Translations under genes and position numbers: made by a program
Part shown: positions 1-6,783 of the stretch, piece after piece
Layout of the letters: the number at the start of each line of letters is the position of its first letter
Numbering within the stretch: position 1 is the stretch's first letter
The notes under the pieces: model-generated
What the model saw: only the letters and a program-made list of their open reading frames with translations
What the model was told of the DNA's origin: nothing
The model's database searches: none
Origin: a virus
Taxonomy: Duplodnaviria > Caudoviricetes
Virus record (IMG/VR): IMGVR_UViG_3300044675_002582
Span: 1-25,923 of that record
Length of the DNA stretch: 25,923 nucleotides
Reading direction: 5' to 3' (one strand)

Positions 1-53
1 TCTGCGGCAGTGTCTTTGCCTGAGCCAATAAAACCAACGAAACCTACTATCAT
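1..53 (-). CDS. Deoxynucleoside monophosphate kinase (T4 gp1-like), 5' fragment running off the window
   Basis: Not in the ORF track. Reverse complement from ATG at 53 reads MIVGFVGFIGSGKDTAA, an N-terminal P-loop (GxxGSGKDT) typical of phage dNMP kinases. AGGAG RBS at 63..59. Confidence 0.85.
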   Translation of the reverse strand, partial: MIVGFVGFIGSGKDTAA

Positions 54-73
54 AGTATCTCCTGCGATACTAT

Positions 74-102
74 AATTTACATTATCCTATGACAAATGTC
101 AA
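74..102 (-). promoter_or_regulatory. Sigma70-like promoter for the dNMP kinase, overlapping the 3' end of the gp13-like gene
   Basis: Minus strand TTGACA (102..97), 17-nt spacer, TAAATT (79..74), about 20 nt upstream of the kinase ATG. Confidence 0.6.
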
Positions 103-840
103 CGGTGTTTGGTTATCTTTGTAGTTGATTAGATCCATTTCTAAGGCTTCCATTTCGGCTTTGCCTTCTGATTTTAATGCAGTACCGTTTAGGTTGGTGC
201 CGCCTTGCGGACTTGCAATAGTTGCAAACTTTTCACGTGCTTCACCTAGCATGACTTTACAGTTTGCCAGTGCATAGTCCTTGATCCATATGCCAGAGTA
301 AGGGTCTTGAATGATGGTAAAATCAGGCTTCTGATTATACATCCACAATAGAACGTTTTCTTCTCCGCGAGGGCGTTGAGTAATTCTCAAACGCTTTGCA
401 GTAGGATTCCAATCAAAGTTAATGTAGCTACCAAACATTTTACCAACTTCTTTCTGGTAGCTAGCAAACATATAATAGGTAGCAATCCCACCCATCTGTG
501 TGCTGGCCATTAGATAAGTGTTAGTATAGGCCAAGTTAAACGGTTCAAATAGCGTACCGCCATCGCCACCGCCTGTTCTACTGCCTACGCTTCTACGAAA
601 TACTTGACGAACTTGCATAACTTCTGGTGCAAGTATGTAATCATTAACATCTGTTTGCAAGGTTAAGAAGCCAAAACTTTCTTCAACAGCATTGCTGCTA
701 CGTTGACGATATTTTGCTAGGGCACGATCAATAGCAGTATTGTAGTGTTTAGGGTCTAATTCAACATCGACCATCCCGTCACCTAGCATGGTACGGATAT
801 ATTCAACTACGTTTTGTCTTTGGGTGTCAAGTTCGTTCAT
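82..840 (-). CDS. gp13: Neck/head-completion protein, T4 gp13-like
   Basis: Motifs YIRTMLGDGMVDVELD, W(I)KDYALANCKVMLGEAREKF and GGTNLNG..LKSEG match gp13-type neck proteins. ATG at 840 (MNELD) is preferred over the track start at 855 because a TAAATA box lies 5 nt upstream. Confidence 0.85.
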   Translation of the reverse strand: MNELDTQRQNVVEYIRTMLGDGMVDVELDPKHYNTAIDRALAKYRQRSSNAVEESFGFLTLQTDVNDYILAPEVMQVRQVFRRSVGSRTGGGDGGTLFEPFNLAYTNTYLMASTQMGGIATYYMFASYQKEVGKMFGSYINFDWNPTAKRLRITQRPRGEENVLLWMYNQKPDFTIIQDPYSGIWIKDYALANCKVMLGEAREKFATIASPQGGTNLNGTALKSEGKAEMEALEMDLINYKDNQTPLTFVIG

Positions 841-845
841 ACCAA

Positions 846-861
846 TATTTAGCAATAAATA
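846..861. promoter_or_regulatory. Back-to-back T4-late-like promoters (TAAATA on both strands)
   Basis: TAAATA on minus at 851..846 (5 nt before ATG 840) and TAAATA on plus at 856..861 (7 nt before ATG 869), within a 28-bp divergent gap. Confidence 0.7.
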
Positions 862-868
862 TATGACT

Positions 869-2074
869 ATGCCAAGACTATCACTTTACCGCCCTGAAAA
901 AGGCAATGATTTCCGTATGATTGACCGTGTCATTTATGAACAGTTTCAAGTCGGCGGTACTGATATCATTATCCACAAATACCTAGGTCCTGCTGACCCT
1001 TTAGAGGGCGAAGCAACTCCTGCTACTCCTGTAAACACTAATCCTATTCCTGAACTAGGAATACAAGATGTACTGTTTATGGAAAACAGAGATAGAAAAT
1101 ACGAACCCGATGTGTATGTTTCTCGCGGAATTTACACAATGCAGGATATTGATTTTAATCTTCAGCAATTTGGATTCTTTTTATCTAACGATAACATTAT
1201 GATCACGTTTCATTTGCGTGGTATTGTAGAATTGTTAGGTAGAAAATTAATGGCAGGTGATGTTTTAGAACTGCCGCACTTAAAAGACGAATATGCCTTA
1301 GGTGACGATATGGTTGCCTTAAAGAGATTTTATGTAGTATCAGACGTTGCTCGTCCTGCATCAGGTTACAGTCAAACATGGTATCCACATTTACTTCGTG
1401 CTAAATGTGAACCGCTAGTTGACAGTCAAGAATACAAACAGATTCTGGATCAAGACAGCGGTGACGGACAAAATAGTCTACGAGATATCCTTTCAACTTA
1501 CAATCAAAACATTGCCATTAACAATCAGATTATTGCACAGGCCGAAGCAGATGCTGGTCTAAGCGGGTACGACACTGATCAGTATTATATTTTGCCGTTA
1601 CAAGAAGATGGTAAACTAGATATTAGAGATACAACTGATACAGATGTTGATGCTAGCTATGACGGAAATGCAGCAGATGCTAGTTCTGTATTTGTTACTC
1701 CTGAAAAAGACGTTTATATCAGCTATCTACAAGGTGACGGTAAACCGCCTAACGGAGCACCTTACAGTTTCGGTATTGAATATCCGGTTAACCCAGGTAT
1801 AGGTGCGTATCACTTACGTACAGATTATATGCCAAATAGACTGTTTAGATTTAGTGGTAACGGTTGGGTATATGTAGAAAGTAATGTTAGAATGACTATG
1901 ACTAACAAGCCAGTTGACGGAATCCCTGCACCAGATGCATTGACTAGACATACGCAACTTGGCAGCTTTATTAACAATAACAATACTGCAACTATTGCAG
2001 GAAAAGTTATTGAAGAACGTCAGAGTCTGAGCAAAGCATTAAAGAAGAGACAGGGGCCTGAAGCAGATTTATGA
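869..2074 (+). CDS. gp14: Neck protein / head closure, T4 gp14-like, with C-terminal extension
   Basis: MPRLSLYRPEKGND start; DVLFMENRDRKYE, FNLQQFGFFL and GRKLMAGDVLELPHL segments; position between gp13-like and gp15-like genes. Start is 869 (or 863); the track start at 788 overlaps the gp13-like gene on the opposite strand. Confidence 0.75.
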   Translation: MPRLSLYRPEKGNDFRMIDRVIYEQFQVGGTDIIIHKYLGPADPLEGEATPATPVNTNPIPELGIQDVLFMENRDRKYEPDVYVSRGIYTMQDIDFNLQQFGFFLSNDNIMITFHLRGIVELLGRKLMAGDVLELPHLKDEYALGDDMVALKRFYVVSDVARPASGYSQTWYPHLLRAKCEPLVDSQEYKQILDQDSGDGQNSLRDILSTYNQNIAINNQIIAQAEADAGLSGYDTDQYYILPLQEDGKLDIRDTTDTDVDASYDGNAADASSVFVTPEKDVYISYLQGDGKPPNGAPYSFGIEYPVNPGIGAYHLRTDYMPNRLFRFSGNGWVYVESNVRMTMTNKPVDGIPAPDALTRHTQLGSFINNNNTATIAGKVIEERQSLSKALKKRQGPEADL

Positions 2075-2085
2075 TAGAGGTATAT

Positions 2086-2238
2086 ATGGACGATTATCAA
2101 AATTACAAAAGATTTACATCTAAATGCAAATGCGGATGTCCCGCACACTGTGATCACAGTTGTACCGAATGCGAATACTGCCCAGACTGCGAGTGCCCTG
2201 AATGCAAAGAGCTCAACAAATCTAGAGGATATAATTAA
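2086..2238 (+). CDS. Small Cys-rich metallothionein-like protein (50 aa, 10 Cys and 2 His)
   Basis: Below the ORF-track cutoff. Translation MDDYQNYKRFTSKCKCGCPAHCDHSCTECEYCPDCECPECKELNKSRGYN. GAGG RBS at 2077-2080; TAATG stop/start overlap with the next gene; fills the gap between gp14-like and gp15-like genes. Confidence 0.85.
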   Translation: MDDYQNYKRFTSKCKCGCPAHCDHSCTECEYCPDCECPECKELNKSRGYN

Positions 2239-3668
2239 TGGAACATTTTTACGACGGTCAAATACGCCGTTACTTGACACAATTTATGCGACTAATGAGT
2301 AATTTTACTTACAAAGATGGTCGCGGAAATGTGATTCAAATTCCTGTTAGGTATGGTGATATGTCTAGGCAAGTAGCCAGCACATTGAAAAAGAACAGCG
2401 AGAACGTGCTTAACTCTGCACCTTTTATTGCCTGCTACATTAAAAGCCTAGACATAGCCCGTGATAGACTTCAAGATCCTAGCTTTGTGGGCAAAATGCA
2501 TATTAGAGAAAGGCAGTTTGGCTACGTCGATGAAAATCCAAATAGCCCTACTTACGGTCAAACTATCGAAGACTATGCAAATGTACAAGGTGAAAATTAT
2601 ACAGTTGAACGATTAATGCCAACACCGTTTAATTTGCAGTTTGTTGCAGATGTATGGAGCACCAATACTGAACAGAAGTTACAAATTCTAGAACAAATTC
2701 TAGTGTTGTTTCGTCCTGCAATGGAAATACAAACTACCAGCAACTACATTGACTGGACTAGTCTTAGCTATGTAGAGCTTACTGGAATGAATTGGTCTAG
2801 CAGAACTATTCCACAAGGCACTGAGAATGATATTGACATTGCCAGTATGAATTTCTTAACTCCTATATGGTTAAGTCCTCCTGCTAAGGTTAAAAAGCTA
2901 GGTATCATTACTAAAATTATTGCCAACATTTTTGCAGAAGAACAGGGCACAAGTGCAATGGGGCCTGAATTTAGTTTCTCTAATCCGGTATCTAGAGTCA
3001 CAATAACTCCGGGCAACTTCTCAATCTTGTTAACAAATAACACTGCTAAATTAATGGCAGCATCTGAAAACTTGTTAGTAAATGACTTAGAACAAATTCC
3101 AATTAAAGCTGGTACTAAAATTAACTGGAAGGCATTATTAGATCTGTATCCTGGTAAATTTAGAACAGGACTAAGTCACATTGAGCTTACAAAACTCGAC
3201 GGTGGAAAAATTATAGGATACCTAAGTATTAATCCGTTTGACGAAGCAGACATGGATGTTTTAAACATTCAGTTTGATGGAGAAACTTTGTTAAACACTG
3301 CAATTTCTGATCTTACAAATACTGTAAGTAGGGGCACAGTCAATGCTATTGTGAATCCAAAAACATTCAATCCAGGTACGCCTAGTGTTGATGCACGTTA
3401 TTTGATATTAGAAGATATTACTTCAACAGAAGAAGACGGACCTAGTGCATGGGTCAATAGCGACGATAGCGGATTCACTGCATCTGCAAATGATATTATT
3501 CAATGGGACGGGGTGCAATGGAATATAATTTTCAGTTCAGCTGATACAACTGAAGCAACGTATATAACTAATTCATATACAGGAATACAATACAAGTGGG
3601 ACGGTGACCAGTGGTCTAAGAGTGTAGACGGTATGTATTATCCTAGTGAATGGCGTTTAATTTTATGA
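2238..3668 (+). CDS. gp15: Tail sheath stabilizer / tail terminator, T4 gp15-like, with long C-terminal extension
   Basis: N-terminal FYDGQIRRYLTQF..IPVRYG, MPTPFNLQF and QKLQILEQILVLFRP motifs of the gp15 family; GAGG RBS at 2225-2228; 476 aa. Confidence 0.85.
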   Translation: MEHFYDGQIRRYLTQFMRLMSNFTYKDGRGNVIQIPVRYGDMSRQVASTLKKNSENVLNSAPFIACYIKSLDIARDRLQDPSFVGKMHIRERQFGYVDENPNSPTYGQTIEDYANVQGENYTVERLMPTPFNLQFVADVWSTNTEQKLQILEQILVLFRPAMEIQTTSNYIDWTSLSYVELTGMNWSSRTIPQGTENDIDIASMNFLTPIWLSPPAKVKKLGIITKIIANIFAEEQGTSAMGPEFSFSNPVSRVTITPGNFSILLTNNTAKLMAASENLLVNDLEQIPIKAGTKINWKALLDLYPGKFRTGLSHIELTKLDGGKIIGYLSINPFDEADMDVLNIQFDGETLLNTAISDLTNTVSRGTVNAIVNPKTFNPGTPSVDARYLILEDITSTEEDGPSAWVNSDDSGFTASANDIIQWDGVQWNIIFSSADTTEATYITNSYTGIQYKWDGDQWSKSVDGMYYPSEWRLIL

Positions 3669-4099
3669 TACGTGAAGACATTGTATGCAGTGGAGGTTTA
3701 TTCTTTGCTAAAGATACAAAAAGATTTTTGTTTTTATTAAGAAATCAAGGCAAAACTGCGGGTACGTGGGGTATTGTTGGCGGCAAAAAAGAACCTGCTG
3801 ATGCTACTCCGTATGCTGCGTTAGAAAGAGAAATTACAGAAGAAGTTGGCTCCCTGCCTAAAATAAAGAAAGTAGTTCCATTAGAATTGTTTACTAGTGA
3901 AGATCAACGATTTTATTTTAACACATACATGTTAATAGTTGATAAAGAGTTTATTCCAGTACTCAATAACGAACATGTAGGATACGCATGGTGCAGTTTA
4001 AATCAGTGGCCAAAGCCATTGCATCAAGGTGTTAAGAGAAGTCTATCCAATCGAACTAACAAAACTAAAATAGAATTGCTAATTGAAATAGTTAGCTGA
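3665..4099 (+). CDS. NUDIX hydrolase
   Basis: Nudix box GGKKEPADATPYAALEREITEEVG. Start 3665 gives an ATGA overlap with the gp15-like stop. Confidence 0.9.
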   Translation: MIREDIVCSGGLFFAKDTKRFLFLLRNQGKTAGTWGIVGGKKEPADATPYAALEREITEEVGSLPKIKKVVPLELFTSEDQRFYFNTYMLIVDKEFIPVLNNEHVGYAWCSLNQWPKPLHQGVKRSLSNRTNKTKIELLIEIVS

Positions 4100-4423
4100 T
4101 TACCAAGGTTTGTTTAGAGTGACAACAGCAGGTGCCTTTTGTTGCTCAATTTGATTTTCTAAATTTAGTTTATAATCTGCAAGGACTTCTTCGCCCATTG
4201 CAGTTTCAACCCAGACCTGCACAGCATCTTGAGTTAATAGATTAAACGGCTTATATGTTTCTGGATCAGGTTCCGGAAGTCCAACTGAACCAAACACTTG
4301 AGATCCGTGCCCTTCTCCGTCTGTTGCAGACAATATAAACTCTACATTGTACACGACATTTGTTAGGCCGTTCAATGTAGGGTGTGCAGCGAATCTAGGA
4401 AATTCCCAAGTATATGTAATCAT
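4100..4423 (-). CDS. Small tail-fibre-associated protein, 'TYTW' paralog 3 (resembles DUF7936-type proteins)
   Basis: MITYTW...NVVYNVEF...TDGEG...LTQDAVQVWV...PW aligns by eye with 4992..5375 and 5647..6039. Start 4423 matches the paralog N-termini and follows a TAAATA box. Confidence 0.75.
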   Translation of the reverse strand: MITYTWEFPRFAAHPTLNGLTNVVYNVEFILSATDGEGHGSQVFGSVGLPEPDPETYKPFNLLTQDAVQVWVETAMGEEVLADYKLNLENQIEQQKAPAVVTLNKPW

Positions 4424-4428
4424 GATAA

Positions 4429-4434
4429 TATTTA
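4429..4434 (-). promoter_or_regulatory. T4-late-like promoter box
   Basis: GATAAATA on minus, overlapping the oxygenase stop; 5 nt to ATG 4423. Confidence 0.55.
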
Positions 4435-4995
4435 TCTCCAATGCGGTCCTTCGTACCAACCTGCTAAACTGTGTCTTACACCGCTAATTAACGGGGTAAC
4501 TTCGTGAAAAATAATACTGGGAAATACACAAACTGTTCCCCTAGCACGAAGATTTTCCGAATTAGGATAGTGTCCAACGTCTAAAAACTTTAAATCTCCG
4601 CCTTCGTATGTGTCAGGATCGCTAAGTTGTACAGTTACACTCAGCTTTCTTTGCGTAGGTAACGGTGCTAAAAATACATCCTGATGCCGTTTATAAAAAC
4701 TCTGTTCTTCACCAGTGTAAGTAGCAAATTGTATTGCAGGTAAGAATTTATAATCTACTTGAAACCACTCGTTATTAATTTGATCAACTACTTTGTCTAG
4801 TTCTGTAAACAAGTACGACCATGTAGAATTTCTTACTATACCGCGAATTGAGCTTCTACGCCATTCGTTATTAACTCTATCACTAGAAGGCCCTAATTTT
4901 GCTTCTTGTTCGGGCAAAATTAAGGCCTCTTGAATTATTCTGTCACATTGTTCGGGCGTAAAATAACTTTTAATATAAGCCCACTCGCCTATCAT
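4432..4995 (-). CDS. 2OG-Fe(II) oxygenase, prolyl-4-hydroxylase/PKHD-type
   Basis: HxD (RHQD), RKLSVTVQLSDPDTYEGGDL, distal His in FPSIIFHEVTP and 2OG-binding RxS (GVRHSLAGW). ATGA overlap with the upstream gene. Confidence 0.92.
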   Translation of the reverse strand: MIGEWAYIKSYFTPEQCDRIIQEALILPEQEAKLGPSSDRVNNEWRRSSIRGIVRNSTWSYLFTELDKVVDQINNEWFQVDYKFLPAIQFATYTGEEQSFYKRHQDVFLAPLPTQRKLSVTVQLSDPDTYEGGDLKFLDVGHYPNSENLRARGTVCVFPSIIFHEVTPLISGVRHSLAGWYEGPHWR

Positions 4996-5375
4996 GGATT
5001 ATTTGGATCAGGAGTTGCTGCTCGTTTTGCAATTGTGCTAGCCAATGCTTCAGCTACCGTAGTACTTGTTGTAGTATCTGTTCCTGCAAAAGTAATAGTA
5101 GTAACGTTAGGCAGTAAGTCTCTTTCAATTACAGAAACTGCAACAGTATTTTTGACCCAATCAATAATATTTTGTTTAGTTACATTGTCAATTGAAACAA
5201 ATGTTTCGGAGTCTACATTAGGGTTAAGTTCTACAATTCCTACCTGGTACTTAGAATTTCCTTCGCCGTCATCTGCTGTGCATTTCCATGTGACACGAAA
5301 TACCACGTTTTCATTTCCGTTGTGAGAACTTATTAAATCTACGTTCTCGATATCCCAGGTGTAAGTTGTTGCCAT
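4992..5375 (-). CDS. Small tail-fibre-associated protein, 'TYTW' paralog 2
   Basis: MATTYTWDI...NVVFRVTWKCTADDGEG...VTKQNIIDWVK; GGAG RBS at 5385..5382. Confidence 0.8.
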   Translation of the reverse strand: MATTYTWDIENVDLISSHNGNENVVFRVTWKCTADDGEGNSKYQVGIVELNPNVDSETFVSIDNVTKQNIIDWVKNTVAVSVIERDLLPNVTTITFAGTDTTTSTTVAEALASTIAKRAATPDPNNP

Positions 5376-5400
5376 TGTTTTCTCCGCTATACTAAACTAG

Positions 5401-5406
5401 TATTTA
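5401..5406 (-). promoter_or_regulatory. T4-late-like promoter box
   Basis: AATAAATA on minus overlapping the stop of the 60-aa gene, 25 nt upstream of ATG 5375. Confidence 0.5.
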
Positions 5407-5586
5407 TTCTTTACCAGGTCCCATTGCACCTTGGCCGCCAGCGGCTTGCTGTTCTTGAAGTTGTGGTGCAACTTGTTGACGTAATGAGTCAACAACAGCA
5501 AAGCATTGTTCGTAAGGTAGTTTGCCTAAACCCGCCATGATGGTGTTTAGTTCGTTCATATCTAAAGTTAAATTAATCTTGTTCAT
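5404..5586 (-). CDS. Small helical hypothetical protein of a type often seen after phage fibre genes
   Basis: 60 aa, LTLDMNELNTIMAGLGKLPYEQ...LRQQ; GGAG RBS at 5595..5592; own TATAAATA box. Confidence 0.8.
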   Translation of the reverse strand: MNKINLTLDMNELNTIMAGLGKLPYEQCFAVVDSLRQQVAPQLQEQQAAGGQGAMGPGKE

Positions 5587-5607
5587 AAAAGCTCCGTTAA
5601 GGTATAT

Positions 5608-5615
5608 TATTTATA
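5608..5615 (-). promoter_or_regulatory. Perfect T4 late promoter consensus TATAAATA
   Basis: Plus strand tatttata at 5608-5615, intergenic, 21 nt upstream of ATG 5586. Confidence 0.75.
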
Positions 5616-5637
5616 TACCAATATAATCTATTGGTAT
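5615..5637. repeat. 9-bp perfect inverted repeat (hairpin or operator-like)
   Basis: ATACCAATA-taatc-TATTGGTAT, immediately upstream of the TATAAATA box. Confidence 0.6.
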
Positions 5638-5646
5638 TTTCTGAGT

Positions 5647-6039
5647 TTAGGGGCGTAAAGACGGGTCGGCAACAGATGCTGCTCCCGGTTCAGCAATAGA
5701 TGCTGCTCCTTTACCTGGTGCCCACGGCAATTCTGGTTGAGAAATTGCAGCACTGTTTATTTTATCTTGTATTCTTGAGTTAACATGTTGTTCGTAATCG
5801 CCTACCACTACTGATTTAATCCAATTTAACACAGTTTCTTCAGTTAGATCTTCAAAAGCAATAAACTCTCCTGCTGGCACACTGGCCGCAGAAAATGGAG
5901 TTGCACCTTCAAACGTACCAGAGTTGCCGCTTTCGTCAGTCCCCGTTTTCTTCCAATAAGTTTGCACCACCGCATTGAGATTTTCACCTTCAGTTCTAGT
6001 TCTAAGAGAAGTAATTTGCCAGGTGTACGTAATTGCCAT
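5647..6039 (-). CDS. Small tail-fibre-associated protein, 'TYTW' paralog 1
   Basis: MAITYTWQITSL...AVVQTYWKKTGTDESG...FIAFEDLTEETVLNWIK...LPW; GAGG RBS. Confidence 0.8.
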   Translation of the reverse strand: MAITYTWQITSLRTRTEGENLNAVVQTYWKKTGTDESGNSGTFEGATPFSAASVPAGEFIAFEDLTEETVLNWIKSVVVGDYEQHVNSRIQDKINSAAISQPELPWAPGKGAASIAEPGAASVADPSLRP

Positions 6040-6041
6040 GA

Positions 6042-6440
6042 TTAATCCTCTATTGCATCACTATAGTAACTTATAGTTTTTAAGAAATCGTAGGCTTGTT
6101 CTACAACTGTTTTTGTAGACTCCATGTCAATAGTCATCCATAAATTGGTGTCTGTTTTTGTTTCAACTCGCATATCTGCAGGTATATCTGTAGGATTAAC
6201 TCCAATGTGTGCAATTGGTAATTTTCCTGCATCTCTTGCAGCTCTGTTATAAAATACCTGTACACAGACTCTACCATAGTATCCTTTTTTCCAAGACCAG
6301 GCAGGTGCGTTAGCCGGTCTTACTCCACCGGGATCAGGTTTATCAGTAGGAATTTTATGTGTGATAACTTCGCTAATCACATGATAAGCATCATCTGCTT
6401 CAATTCCGTTAGCTAGTTCATACCTTTTAATTAGTGCCAT
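6042..6440 (-). CDS. Hypothetical protein, probable fibre assembly/accessory factor
   Basis: 132 aa, overlaps the fibre gene end by 14 nt. C-terminal [10 protein letters not shown]...DAIED resembles small proteins that follow phage fibre genes. Confidence 0.75.
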   Translation of the reverse strand: MALIKRYELANGIEADDAYHVISEVITHKIPTDKPDPGGVRPANAPAWSWKKGYYGRVCVQVFYNRAARDAGKLPIAHIGVNPTDIPADMRVETKTDTNLWMTIDMESTKTVVEQAYDFLKTISYYSDAIED

Positions 6441-6783
6441 TTTTTATTATTTCCTTGAGTTCATCAATTTCAGCTTTTAGATCTTTAATCGCCTGAATTA
6501 AGAACGGCGTAATCTTGTCGTATTTAACAGTTAGGTAACTCTCGATGTGAGAATCTTTGCCAGCACATCTACCTGCTTTGTTTTCAGATACAGCAATTGG
6601 TAAAATTTCTTGTACTTCTTGTGCAATCAGTGCAGTTTCAGGCTGGCCTTCATAGAACCCTTCGTTAACTTTGGTTGCTAATTCGTTCCATTCGAAACTA
6701 GAAGGTACTAATCTATCAACTAATGCTAGTCCAGAACCTTTTTCTAGAGGTTTAATGTTCTGCTTTAGTCTACGATCGGACCA
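6427..6783 (-). other. Peptidase S74 / auto-cleaving trimerisation chaperone domain
   Basis: S-D-x-R-L-K cleavage motif ([10 protein letters not shown]) and terminal coiled coil. Confidence 0.85.

Noticed and set aside
788-868. ORF-track N-terminal extensions of the gp13-like and gp14-like genes (also starts at 3650 and 4459)
   Set aside because: They create opposite-strand or long overlaps; downstream ATGs fit promoter boxes, coupling overlaps or paralog N-termini better.
2020-2280. 86-aa minus-strand ORF spanning the gp14-gp15 gap
   Set aside because: Overlaps both flanking plus-strand genes; the gap is better explained by the plus-strand Cys-rich ORF with RBS and stop/start coupling.
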